Shown: positions 1-9,295 of the stretch, piece after piece
Layout: every line of letters begins with the position of its first letter
Position numbering within the stretch: the stretch's first letter is position 1
Origin: an uncultured Acidobacteriota bacterium
GTDB taxonomy: Bacteria > Acidobacteriota > Thermoanaerobaculia > UBA5066
Direction of reading: 5' to 3'
Assembly: GCA_963779415.1 (NCBI GenBank)
Contig: CAVZYA010000001.1
Coordinates: 928,001 to 992,000, forward strand
DNA length: 64,000 nt
Program-made: the position numbers and the translations under genes
The notes under the pieces: model-generated
The model's input: the letters and a program-made list of their open reading frames with translations, nothing else
What the model was told of the DNA's origin: nothing
Databases searched by the model: none

Positions 1-1024
1 CGTAAGCCACGAACTCGTTGATGACCGTCTTGAAGCCGATCAGCCGCGCCACCTTGTCGCAGTCGACCGCCGGAACCCCCATGACCCACGCGAGCGGCCA
101 GAGGGCCTTCGAGAAGATCCACTGGAGCGACAGCCCGGGGAAGCCCGCCTTCGCCCCGGCCCAGCCGAGCGCCCCGTTGAAGAGGGAGATCAGCGCGATG
201 AAGGCGATCAGCATCCCGCAGATGTTGATGGCGAGCGCGACGCCCTGCGAGGCGCCCGAGGCGGCCGCCTCGATGACGTTCGCCTGCTCGTGCTCGATCT
301 TCACCGTCACGTGCCCCGCGGTCTGCGGCTGATCCACCTCGGGGCGGAGGATCTTCGCGATGACGATCGTGGCGGGCGCCGCCATGACCGACGCCGTGAT
401 CAGGTAGTTGGCCGGAATCCCCATGGCCGCGTAGGCGAGGAGGACGGCGCCCGAGATGTGCGCCATCCCGCCCGTCATCATCGTCAGCAGCTCCGAGTTC
501 GTCATCTTCGGAATGTACGGAGCGACGATGATCGGCGCCTCGGTCTGGCCGATGAAGATGTTGGCCGCGACGGCCAGAGACTCGGCTCCCGAGACCTTGA
601 GCAGCTTCGTCATGACGATCGCGAAGAGCTGGACGACCCTCTGCATGATCCCGAGGTAGTAGAGGATCGTGAAGAACGACGCGATGAAGATGACGATCGG
701 CATCACCTTGAAGGCGAAGATGAACGGCGCGAAATCGACCCCCGTCGCCTTCGCGATCTGAGCGCCGATCGCGGGCTGCGAGATCCACCCGAAGACGAAC
801 TCGGCCCCCTTGTCCGAGAAGGCGATCGCCCCTGTGATCCCGTCCGAGAAGCTCTTCAGCGCCGACGCTCCCGACGGCCAGGCGATGACGAGCCCTCCGA
901 GCGCGAACTGAAGGACGACGCCCCACGAAACCGTCGCCCACCGGATCTTCGACCGGTTCTTCGACAGAAGCACCGCCACCGAGAGAATCACGGCCAGACC
1001 GATGATCCCCGTGAAACGATCCAA
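1..1024 (-). CDS. nupC: Concentrative nucleoside transporter, CNT/NupC family (3' end runs off the window)
   Basis: Manual translation from TTG at 1024 behind a GAGGAGGAG RBS gives MDRFTGIIGLAVILSVAVLLSKNRSKIRW..., then FAFKVMPIVIFIASFFTILYYLGIMQ, ANIFIGQTEAP and SELLTMMTGGMAHISG, typical of CNT/NupC. Confidence 0.9.
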   Translation of the reverse strand, partial: MDRFTGIIGLAVILSVAVLLSKNRSKIRWATVSWGVVLQFALGGLVIAWPSGASALKSFSDGITGAIAFSDKGAEFVFGWISQPAIGAQIAKATGVDFAPFIFAFKVMPIVIFIASFFTILYYLGIMQRVVQLFAIVMTKLLKVSGAESLAVAANIFIGQTEAPIIVAPYIPKMTNSELLTMMTGGMAHISGAVLLAYAAMGIPANYLITASVMAAPATIVIAKILRPEVDQPQTAGHVTVKIEHEQANVIEAAASGASQGVALAINICGMLIAFIALISLFNGALGWAGAKAGFPGLSLQWIFSKALWPLAWVMGVPAVDCDKVARLIGFKTVINEFVAY

Positions 1025-1076
1025 GCTCTCCTCCTCGATTCCGTGGGACGGGACCGGCGAAGGATAACCCGGCGCG

Positions 1077-3155
1077 TCAGCGCAGCATCATCCAGAGATA
1101 CGCGTACTGGAGCGCGGTGACTCTCGCCGTCTGCCGGTTCACGGCGCCGCTCCCGTGCCCCCCCTCGGTGTTCTCGAAGTAGTAGACGGGATGCCCCTGG
1201 GCCTCCAGCTTCGCCACCATCTTCCGGGCGTGCGCAGGGTGCACGCGGTCATCGCGGGTGTTCGTCCAATAGAACGGCGTCGGGTACTTCGCGTCGGCCT
1301 TCAGCAGCTCGTAGGGCGACCAGGTCTGAATGTATGCCCAATCCTCGGGCTTGTCCGGGTCGCCGTACTCGGCCATCCAGCTCGCGCCCGCGAGGAGGTG
1401 ATTGAACCGGCGCATGTCCGCGAGCGGCACCTGAGCCACCACGGCGTGGAACAGCTCCGGGTAGAGCGTGAAGGTCCCGCCGACGAGGAGCCCCCCCTGC
1501 GATCCGCCCATGATCCCGAGATGGCGCGGGGAGGTGATCTTCCGCGCGATCAGGTCCCGGGCGACCGCGGAGAAGTCCTCGAAGTTGTGGATGTGCTGCG
1601 CCTTCACGGCCGCCTTGTGCCAGGCGGGGCCGAACTCCCCGCCGCCCCGGATGTTCGCGAGAACGTAGACGCCGCCCCGCGCGAGCCACGCGGAGCCGAT
1701 GACCCCGCTGTACCGCGGGACCTCGGAGATCTCGAAGCCGCCGTACCCGTAGAGGAGGGTCGGCGCCGACCCGTCCGCCTTGAAACCCTTCGGGGTCACG
1801 ACGAAGTACGGGATCTTCGTGCCGTCCTTCGACGTGGCCTCGAGCTGCTCGGTTGTCACGTCCTTCGAATCGAAGAAGGCCGGCATCGTCTTGATCTTCG
1901 CGGGCGGGCCGCCCCCCTCGACGAGCCAGAGGGACGACGGCGTCCTGAAGTCCTGGTAGGTGAAGAAGAACGGGCCGGCGAGATCGTTCGCCGCCGAGAG
2001 CGTCGCCGTGCCGACTCCAGGCGTCGGAATTTCGGTCCGTTTCCAGGTTCCCCCATCGAGATCGAGTGCCGTGATGCGGCTCCGGACGTTGTCCAGCGTC
2101 TGAACGAGGACGCGGTCCTTCGTCCGATCCACGCTCGCGAGCGACACGCGCTCGCCGGGCTCGAACAGGACGTCGAAGCGCTTCGCGCCGCGAAGGAGGT
2201 CGTCGACCGTCGACGCGAGGAGCGAGCCCGCGTGGAACGTCTTGCCGCCCGTCGTCCAGTCGCTCCTCAGGGAGAAGAGGAGACGGTCGCGGAAGAACAC
2301 CCGCGGCTCGGAATCCTCCGGCAGGTCCAGCTTCACGAGACGGTCGCCGAGGAGGAGGAAGGACTCCTGCAGGTAGAACGCCGGCACTCGCGTGACGACG
2401 TCGTAGCGGCCGTCGGTCAGGATTTCGCTCCGGCCGGCGGAGGCGACGTCTTCGGTGCGTCCCTCGAAGACCGTCCGGGCCGACGAAAGCGGCGTGCCGC
2501 GCTTCCACAACTTCACGATCCGCGGGTAGCCGGAGGCGGTGAGCGACCCCGGCCCGAAGTCGGTTCCGACCCAGAGCGTGTCCTCGTCGCGCCACGCCAC
2601 GCTCGACTTCGCCTCGGGGAGAGAAAAGCCGTTCGGGACGAACTGCATCGTTCCCGTGTCGAACTCGCGCTCCACGGACGCGTCCGACCCGCCGGCCGAC
2701 AGGCTGATCATGCAGCGCACGTATTTCGGTGCGAGGCAGATCGCGCCATGGAAGACCCAGGCCTTCCCCTCGGCCTTCGCGAGCGCGTCCACGTCGAGAA
2801 CGGTCTCCCACTGCGGGCTGGCCGTGCGGTACGAAGCCAGCGACGTGCGGCGCCAGATCCCGCGTTCGTGGGCGTCGTCGCGCCAGAAGTTGTAGACCGT
2901 CTCGCCCCGCAGCTCTGGCGAAGGGATCTTCTCCTTCGAGTCGAGGATCTCGAGCGTTCGGTCGAAGATCGGCTTGTACTCCGGGCGGGCCTCCAGGAGC
3001 GCCGTCGTCTTCGCGTTGTGCTGCTTCACCCACGCCAGGGCCTTCTCGCCCTGGACCTCCTCGAGCCAGGCGAACGGGTCGTCGGCCGCCGAAGCCGCCA
3101 TCGCTCCGCCGAGGACCACCGCGACCGCCACCACGCCTCTCACGAAACTCCGCAT
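1077..3155 (-). CDS. Exported prolyl oligopeptidase (peptidase S9A)
   Basis: Signal peptide, DDPFAWLEE N-terminus, LLYGYGGF, NIRGGGEFG, nucleophile GGSQGG, DDRV Asp and GGHG His; ATG at 3155 with GAGGAG RBS. Confidence 0.93.
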   Translation of the reverse strand: MRSFVRGVVAVAVVLGGAMAASAADDPFAWLEEVQGEKALAWVKQHNAKTTALLEARPEYKPIFDRTLEILDSKEKIPSPELRGETVYNFWRDDAHERGIWRRTSLASYRTASPQWETVLDVDALAKAEGKAWVFHGAICLAPKYVRCMISLSAGGSDASVEREFDTGTMQFVPNGFSLPEAKSSVAWRDEDTLWVGTDFGPGSLTASGYPRIVKLWKRGTPLSSARTVFEGRTEDVASAGRSEILTDGRYDVVTRVPAFYLQESFLLLGDRLVKLDLPEDSEPRVFFRDRLLFSLRSDWTTGGKTFHAGSLLASTVDDLLRGAKRFDVLFEPGERVSLASVDRTKDRVLVQTLDNVRSRITALDLDGGTWKRTEIPTPGVGTATLSAANDLAGPFFFTYQDFRTPSSLWLVEGGGPPAKIKTMPAFFDSKDVTTEQLEATSKDGTKIPYFVVTPKGFKADGSAPTLLYGYGGFEISEVPRYSGVIGSAWLARGGVYVLANIRGGGEFGPAWHKAAVKAQHIHNFEDFSAVARDLIARKITSPRHLGIMGGSQGGLLVGGTFTLYPELFHAVVAQVPLADMRRFNHLLAGASWMAEYGDPDKPEDWAYIQTWSPYELLKADAKYPTPFYWTNTRDDRVHPAHARKMVAKLEAQGHPVYYFENTEGGHGSGAVNRQTARVTALQYAYLWMMLR

Positions 3156-3178
3156 TTGTCGACTCCTCACGGGACGGG

Positions 3179-3184
3179 ATCATA
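3179..3184 (-). promoter_or_regulatory. Candidate -10 element (TATGAT) for the prolyl oligopeptidase gene
   Basis: AT-rich hexamer about 24 nt upstream of the ATG in a GC-rich background. Confidence 0.3.
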
Positions 3185-3211
3185 GGGCCGCCGTGACATC
3201 ATTCTCGTCGC

Positions 3212-3442
3212 ATGGATGCCGTAAGACTGCTGAGGGTCCTTCGACCGATCCTGGACAGGTGCTCGGCGCGCTGGATGCTGGCCGGCGGCTTCGCGATGGC
3301 GGCATGGGGCTCGGCGCGCGAGCGGATCTTCGCAGCCGCCGTCGAGAGGAGCGGGCCGGATGGCCTGACGGCCCTCGTCCCCTCCCTGGAGCACCTCGTT
3401 TCGATGAGAGTGAAGGCGATCCGGACTCCTCGAACTCTATGA
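3212..3442 (+). pseudogene. Internally deleted nucleotidyltransferase-like remnant
   Basis: N-terminal WMLAGGFAMAAWGSAR (GGxA...GxxR motif) is joined directly to a C-terminal-type ERIFAAA...VPSLEHLVSMRVKA segment; the expected TxDxD catalytic motif is missing; only 76 aa. Confidence 0.55.
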
Positions 3443-3645
3443 CAGGCTTAAGGCCGAGCCCTGAGCCTCTGGACCTCGACGTAGCCTTCAACGCCTCTCC
3501 CGAGGTCAGCGAGGCACTCGAACGGAACAGGCCGGGGCCCGTCAGCCTGGAGGAGTACGCCCGTTTCATGAAGCAGTTCCAATGGACCGAGGAGCAGCTC
3601 CGGGCGATCCCGCTCTCGACGGGACCGCGGTTCACGCTGGACTGA
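3439..3645 (+). CDS. Small hypothetical protein (68 aa), probable partner of the nucleotidyltransferase remnant
   Basis: ATGA overlap with the upstream ORF; MTGLRPSPEPLDLDV...LEEYARFMKQF...GPRFTLD has protein-like composition. Confidence 0.55.
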   Translation: MTGLRPSPEPLDLDVAFNASPEVSEALERNRPGPVSLEEYARFMKQFQWTEEQLRAIPLSTGPRFTLD

Positions 3646-3663
3646 GGCGAGCTTTGGGAGAGA

Positions 3664-6375
3664 TCACCGCGACGCTTCGGGAGCCCACCCGAGGACGACG
3701 GTGAGAGGCTGCTCGCTGGCGACGACCTCCGGGACGATGGCGAGAAAGCGCTTCCCGTCCGGCAGGACGTCGAATGCGGTCCAGCCCGCCTTTCCGGAGA
3801 TCGGGAAGAGGACGGTGGGAGTCCCGAGCCAGAGCGAAGGCGTCGTCCGGACCGGGACGGAGACCAGCTTCCTGTCCGGCGACACGTAGAACAGCTCACG
3901 TCCGTCCCGGCTCCACCGGATGATGCGCGCTCCCTCCGACGAGACGCGGGTTCTCTCGCCCGGCCCCGGATAGGGCATGACGTAGGCCTCGGGCCGGCCC
4001 GATTCGTCCGAGATGAACGAGAGAAAGCGGCCGTCGGGCGAGAAACGGACATCGTCCTTGCTGAACCGGGATTTCAGCAGCACGGCCGGCTTTTCCCGGC
4101 CTGAAAGAGAGAGCGTCCAGATGTCGAAGGGAGTGGTCGCCGTCCGCTCGACGTAGACGAGAGTCTTCCCCTCGGGCGAGATGTCCTCCGCAATCTGGAA
4201 GGTCCCGAGGCCGGGGGCGAGAGGCTCTTCGCGGCCGGTCGCCAGATCCGCGCGATAGAGCTGGGGCTGGGCGTCACGGGTCGCGGAATAGATGATGCTC
4301 CTCCGGTCGGGAACCTCCAGCCCCGCGATCTCGGTCTCGGGCGACGACGTGATGCGCGATTCAACCCCCCGTTCGAGGTCGAACGACCAGACGTCATAGC
4401 TTCCGATCCCCGGCTGCCTCCGGTCGTAGTAGATCCGGCGCCCGTCCCGCGTCATCCAGAGATCAAGGTAGTCGCCCGGTGATCCGATGGCGCCCGTCTC
4501 GCGCCCCGCGCGGTCGAAGAAGACGAGCCTGCTTACGCTCTCGTGGGACTGATAGGCCAGCGCGCCGGAGAGCGAGACGGAGAATGACGCGTGGCCGTTC
4601 GTCTCGAAGTAGCTCACATGCTCCGCGATCGAGATGGCCTCGCCGGAGAGCCGTCCGCTTCGCCAATCGAACCGTTGCGCGAGGAGCGCGCCATCGCGGG
4701 CGAAGAAGAGAAAGCCCGGCTCGGCGTACTGGACGATGGAGGAGACGGAGAGGAGCGCCCGAGGAGGTTTCCCCGGCTCCGACAGCATCACGCGTGCGCT
4801 CTTGTCCCGAAGCCGGACACAATATAGGAACCGTTTTCCGTCCGGGAGATACCAGGGCCAGTTCAAGCGGATCTCTCCTCGCGACGCATCCGCCTCGATG
4901 ACGTTGGCGGGCGTTCCCCCCGCCGCCGGTACCCGGGAGATCGCCACCCCCTGGATGTTCGTGATCAGGATGTCGCCCAGGGCGCCCCAGGTTCCGGACT
5001 TCCCGGCGCCGACCGGAATGTCGCAGATCGTGACAGGGGCTCCGCCTCCGAGGTCGATCCGTTTCAGCTTGTCCGGCGTGAAAAAGCCGAGGGATCGGCC
5101 GTCCGGAGACCAGAAGAGCGAGGACGCGCCCTCGGTTCCAGAGATCGGGCGCGGCTCGAGCACCGACAGGTCGCGGACCCAGATCGCGCGTCCCCCTCCG
5201 GACTCCGTCGCCCCCGTCACGCCGGGACCGCTGCGTGGCGTTCCTGTCGCCACGAAGGCGATCTGCGACCCGTCGGGCGAGACGGCGAGCTCCGTCGTCT
5301 CGACGGTGGAGAGGAAGGCCGTGCCTCTCGGAGGCGGAACAGCGAACCGGACGAGGCGCAGTGGCGGCGTTTTCGGACTTTGTGACCGGACGAGCGCGAC
5401 TCCGACCAGGACGACCGCTGCGGCCGCGATGATCCAGGGGAGAACGCGAAAAGCTGCACGGCGGGTCGGGACTTGCTTCGGCCCTGAGGCGGGCGCGTCG
5501 CCTTTCGCCCCGGAGGCCTCGTTCTCGATCCACGACAGCTCGCGCCCCAGATCCGCGGCGCTCTGCCAGCGGTCGTCGGGGCTCTTGGCGAGGCAGGTCC
5601 GGACCGTCCGATCGAAGGCGGGCGGAGACAGCGCCCTGAGCGTCGAGACGGCGGGCGGCTCCGAGGTGAGGATCGCGGTGATGAGCGCCGTCGAGGTGTC
5701 GCCGGAGAACGGTCGCTTTCCGGTGGCCATCTCGAAGAGGACCGTCCCGAGCGCGAAGAGATCGGTCCGCGCGTCGGCGGGTTTTCCTTCGAGCTGCTCG
5801 GGCGCCATGTAGGCGAGGGTCCCGACCACCGTTCCCGCTCCCGTCAATGTGGACGCCTCCCGGGTCTGAAGCTGGGACACCTCTCCTGCCTCGACCCGCT
5901 CGCGCAGCTTCGCGAGGCCGAAGTCGAGGAGCTTCACCCCGGACGACGTCAGCATGACGTTCGCCGGCTTCAGGTCCCGGTGAACGATCTCCTTCCGGTG
6001 CGCGGCGGCGAGCGCGGCACAGATATCCCGCCCGATGCGGAGAATCTGCGAGAGCCCAAGCGGCCCCTTCGCCAGGCGGTCCGCCAGAGACTCCCCTTCG
6101 AGCAGCTCCATCACGAGGAAACCGGTCCCCTCGTGCGAGCCGACGTCGAAGATCGCGCAGATGTTCGGGTGCGAGATCCGGGCGATCGTCCGTGCCTCGC
6201 GCTCGAAGCGCTCGCGCGCCTCCGCGTCCGCCGCGAACCTCGCGGGCAGCACCTTGACGGCCACCTCGCGCCCGAGCCGCGAATCCTTAGCCCGGTAGAC
6301 CTCCCCCATCCCGCCCGCTCCGAGGAGCGAGAGGATTTCGTAAGGGCCTAGCCTCATACCGGGGGCGACGGTCAT
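3664..6375 (-). CDS. K1: Ser/Thr protein kinase with TM helix and TolB/PD40-like beta-propeller
   Basis: GAGGMG, VAVK, HRDLKPAN, DFG, YMAPE; TM VLPWIIAAAAVVLVGVALV; repeated SPDG motifs. Confidence 0.93.
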   Translation of the reverse strand: MTVAPGMRLGPYEILSLLGAGGMGEVYRAKDSRLGREVAVKVLPARFAADAEARERFEREARTIARISHPNICAIFDVGSHEGTGFLVMELLEGESLADRLAKGPLGLSQILRIGRDICAALAAAHRKEIVHRDLKPANVMLTSSGVKLLDFGLAKLRERVEAGEVSQLQTREASTLTGAGTVVGTLAYMAPEQLEGKPADARTDLFALGTVLFEMATGKRPFSGDTSTALITAILTSEPPAVSTLRALSPPAFDRTVRTCLAKSPDDRWQSAADLGRELSWIENEASGAKGDAPASGPKQVPTRRAAFRVLPWIIAAAAVVLVGVALVRSQSPKTPPLRLVRFAVPPPRGTAFLSTVETTELAVSPDGSQIAFVATGTPRSGPGVTGATESGGGRAIWVRDLSVLEPRPISGTEGASSLFWSPDGRSLGFFTPDKLKRIDLGGGAPVTICDIPVGAGKSGTWGALGDILITNIQGVAISRVPAAGGTPANVIEADASRGEIRLNWPWYLPDGKRFLYCVRLRDKSARVMLSEPGKPPRALLSVSSIVQYAEPGFLFFARDGALLAQRFDWRSGRLSGEAISIAEHVSYFETNGHASFSVSLSGALAYQSHESVSRLVFFDRAGRETGAIGSPGDYLDLWMTRDGRRIYYDRRQPGIGSYDVWSFDLERGVESRITSSPETEIAGLEVPDRRSIIYSATRDAQPQLYRADLATGREEPLAPGLGTFQIAEDISPEGKTLVYVERTATTPFDIWTLSLSGREKPAVLLKSRFSKDDVRFSPDGRFLSFISDESGRPEAYVMPYPGPGERTRVSSEGARIIRWSRDGRELFYVSPDRKLVSVPVRTTPSLWLGTPTVLFPISGKAGWTAFDVLPDGKRFLAIVPEVVASEQPLTVVLGWAPEASR

Positions 6376-9065
6376 CGGGCATTCCCATTCCGGCGTTCAA
6401 GTCCCGGGACTCCTTCGGCGATCATCAGGCTGAAAACACGCTCGGACTCGGAGAGCACCAGGCGTTTCCCGTCGGGAGAGAGACCGAGGGATTCGGTGAT
6501 CCAATCGGGATCGAAGCCTGCGAAGGGACGTCGCGTCGGCGCGGTGTCCTTTCCCGGAATGAAGTCCTGGATGAAGACGCCATCCAGACCCTTCTCGTCC
6601 TGCCCGGTGAAGATGATGTGCTTGCCGTCCGGAGTCCATCGCGCGCGACCGGGGAAGACCGAGGTCTTGCGCCGCGGTTCAGGAAAGACGGCGAAGGTCA
6701 TGTCCATTCCGTCCTCGGTCCGGATGACGTGGAGGACGGAGGTCGTCCGGACCGTGATCAGGTACGTGGACCAGACACCGTCGGGCGAAACCTCCGGAAT
6801 CTGCACGGCGCCCGGCGCCAACAACTCGGCACCGCTGCCGTCCGGATGGATCTTCCAGAGGCCGGGGTGCCTGCGGTTTGCGCAGGAATAGACGATCCAC
6901 CTTCCATCCCGGGTCTGGGTCGGGTTCTGGGCATCTTCGCCGTCATGGGTGACCTGGTGCGCACCCGAACCGTCGGGGTTCGAGGCCCAGATCTCCAAGT
7001 TTCCGCTCCGGTTCGAACTCCAGAGCAGGGTACGGCCATCCGGAGAAAAGGCAGGATCCCAGTCGTCCGCCGGGTCGTCCGTGAGGCTCCGCACCACGCC
7101 CGTGCGGGTGGAGATTTCCCACAGATCGAGGTTTCCCGAACGGTTGGAGGAGAAGACCACCCATTCGCCCCCCGGGGCGAAAACCGGCTGACGATCGTTG
7201 ATGGTGCCGTGGGTGATCCAGCGCGGCGGACGGTGTCCGTCCAGGGCGTATTCCCGGAGGTTCTGGCGCCCGCTCATGCTGTCGAAGACGACCCGCCCGT
7301 CCGGGAGGAGGTCGAGCGTCGTGCCGCTGTTGCCCACCCAGAAGAGGGGATGATGGCCGCGCGTGTGGATGTCTTCACGGAACGCCCGGGCGGCGCTCAC
7401 GGCCGTACCGCCCCCGGTAATCGATTCGGACTGGAGATAGACGATCTCGTTGGAGGAGAGCCAGGCGGCGGAGGAGAGCATGCCGGAGGGCTCGAGCCGG
7501 ATTTCCCGGAAGCTTCCGTCCTTCACATCCACGAGAATGAGCTTGCGGAAGACACCGGACGTGATGACGGGCGGAGTGTTCAGGATGATGTGCCGGCCAT
7601 CCGGACTCCACCTCGGAAATCCGACAAGTTCTCCCTCGAAGCGGGTGAGTTCCCGTTCCACGCCACCCGCCGGATCGATGAGATAGAGGTCCGAGAGAAT
7701 CTTCTCCTGCTGGTGGCGGAGACGGACGAAAGCGATCTGCTTCCCGTCCGGGGACCAGTCACCCTGCTCGGCATCCTCCACCACCTTGTGGGGGTCGTTT
7801 CCCAGGAGGGTGATGCGATGAAGGGAGGACCTTCCACCCTGGGAATGGATGAACAGAACGGAGGCGCCATCGGGGGAGAAGCGTGGGAAGTCATCGGGTC
7901 CGGTGGTGATTGCCACCTCGCCTCCGCCCTTGAGCTGCTTGAGCCAGATACGCGGCTGTCCGTCCCGGTCCGACGTGAAGGCGAGAGTCTTCCCGTCGGG
8001 ACTAGCGGCAGGGGATGTGTCGTGGCCGCTGTACGTCACGAGCCGGATCGCCACCGCGGAGGTTTGCTCGGGAGCCTTGCGGAGAGTCCATACCAGCCCC
8101 ACGGAAAGCAGGAGGATGACGCCCGCGGCACGGATCAGCAGGGAATTGGGTTTCCACCTGGAAGGAGCTTCTTGTTGGGGTTCTCCCGGCCCCGACTCCC
8201 CACGAGTTGATTCGAGGGCGAAGACAAGGTCCCTCGTCGACTGAAACCGCTCCCCCGGTTTCTTCTCCAGGGAGTGCTGCACGATGCGCGAGAGCGCGGG
8301 TGACGGTCCGGAGACGCTGGCCGTGATCCCCGGCGGTTCTTCCTTCAGAATCGCCGACATCGTGTCGGCGGCCGTCTCCCGCTTGAACGCTTTCTTCCCC
8401 GAGAGCAGCTCGTAGAGAATCGCCCCGAACGAGAAGATGTCCGAGCGGTGGTCGACGGGCAGGCCGCGCACCTGCTCGGGGGACATGTAGCCCACCGTCC
8501 CCATGACGACGCCGGGTTCCGTCTGCTTCGATTCGGTCGGCGCGCTCGTTTCCTCGGTGTTGTCCCGCTCGGTCCTCTTGGCGAGGCCGAAATCGAGGAT
8601 CTTCAGGTGGCCGTCGTTCGTGACGATGACGTTCTCGGGCTTCAGGTCCCTGTGCACGATCCCCTTCTCGTGCGCGGCGGAGAGACCTCTGGCGATCTGG
8701 AGGGCGTAGTCCACGGTCTGCTTCGGCGGGATCGGCCCCGAATCGAGCCTGTCGCGAAGCGTCGTCCCTTCGAGGAGCTCCATCACGAGAAGGTGGCGGG
8801 CCGAGGCGGGTGAGGGACCGGGGATTTCTTCGAATGAATGGATGGAGGCGATGTTCGGATGGGACAGCGCGGCGAGTAGCTTCGCCTCGCGCTCGAAACG
8901 CGCCGCCATATCCCTGTCTTCAAAGAATTCTTCAGGCAGGACTTTCAGCGCCACCGTCCGCTCGAGGCGTGTGTCCTTCGCCCGGTAGACCTCCCCCATC
9001 CCGCCCGCTCCGAGCTGCCCGACGATCTCGTACGAACCGAGCTTTTCGCCCGTCTTCAGAGCCAT
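6372..9065 (-). CDS. K2: Ser/Thr protein kinase with TM helix and TolB/PD40 propeller
   Basis: [26 protein letters not shown]; TM AAGVILLLSVGLVWTL; PAFSPDG...SNRSGN PD40 repeats; ATGA overlap with K1. Confidence 0.93.
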   Translation of the reverse strand: MALKTGEKLGSYEIVGQLGAGGMGEVYRAKDTRLERTVALKVLPEEFFEDRDMAARFEREAKLLAALSHPNIASIHSFEEIPGPSPASARHLLVMELLEGTTLRDRLDSGPIPPKQTVDYALQIARGLSAAHEKGIVHRDLKPENVIVTNDGHLKILDFGLAKRTERDNTEETSAPTESKQTEPGVVMGTVGYMSPEQVRGLPVDHRSDIFSFGAILYELLSGKKAFKRETAADTMSAILKEEPPGITASVSGPSPALSRIVQHSLEKKPGERFQSTRDLVFALESTRGESGPGEPQQEAPSRWKPNSLLIRAAGVILLLSVGLVWTLRKAPEQTSAVAIRLVTYSGHDTSPAASPDGKTLAFTSDRDGQPRIWLKQLKGGGEVAITTGPDDFPRFSPDGASVLFIHSQGGRSSLHRITLLGNDPHKVVEDAEQGDWSPDGKQIAFVRLRHQQEKILSDLYLIDPAGGVERELTRFEGELVGFPRWSPDGRHIILNTPPVITSGVFRKLILVDVKDGSFREIRLEPSGMLSSAAWLSSNEIVYLQSESITGGGTAVSAARAFREDIHTRGHHPLFWVGNSGTTLDLLPDGRVVFDSMSGRQNLREYALDGHRPPRWITHGTINDRQPVFAPGGEWVVFSSNRSGNLDLWEISTRTGVVRSLTDDPADDWDPAFSPDGRTLLWSSNRSGNLEIWASNPDGSGAHQVTHDGEDAQNPTQTRDGRWIVYSCANRRHPGLWKIHPDGSGAELLAPGAVQIPEVSPDGVWSTYLITVRTTSVLHVIRTEDGMDMTFAVFPEPRRKTSVFPGRARWTPDGKHIIFTGQDEKGLDGVFIQDFIPGKDTAPTRRPFAGFDPDWITESLGLSPDGKRLVLSESERVFSLMIAEGVPGLERRNGNAR

Positions 9066-9067
9066 CT

Positions 9068-9086
9068 ATTGATACAGGGTATCAAT
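9068..9086. promoter_or_regulatory. Perfect AT-rich inverted repeat ATTGATAC-AGG-GTATCAAT, possible operator
   Basis: 8-bp arms with 3-bp spacer, ending 2 nt upstream of the K2 start codon. Confidence 0.4.
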
Positions 9087-9295
9087 TCGGCGGGCCGACG
9101 ACCGCCTGATAGACGAGGACGCGGAACTTGTCCTGGAGGTCGAGCCCTCCCGCCGGGAGGAGCCGGGCGTAATCGGAGGCCGTCGAGAAACCGTAGACCC
9201 ACTTCTCCCCGGGCTGCGCGTCGAACGGGAGAGCGTAGCGGCGGCGCCAGAAGGAGGGCGGCGAAAAAGAGCGCCGTCCGTCCCCTCGTTCCCAT
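9082..9295 (-). pseudogene. Collapsed remnant of an exported serine hydrolase (beta-lactamase-related family)
   Basis: Signal-like MGTRGRTALFFAALLLAP, then after a frame change ALPFDAQPGEKWVYGF / STASDYAR / LLPAGGLDLQDKFRVLVYQAVVGPPN*; these motifs are normally far apart in ~400-aa proteins of this family. Confidence 0.6.
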
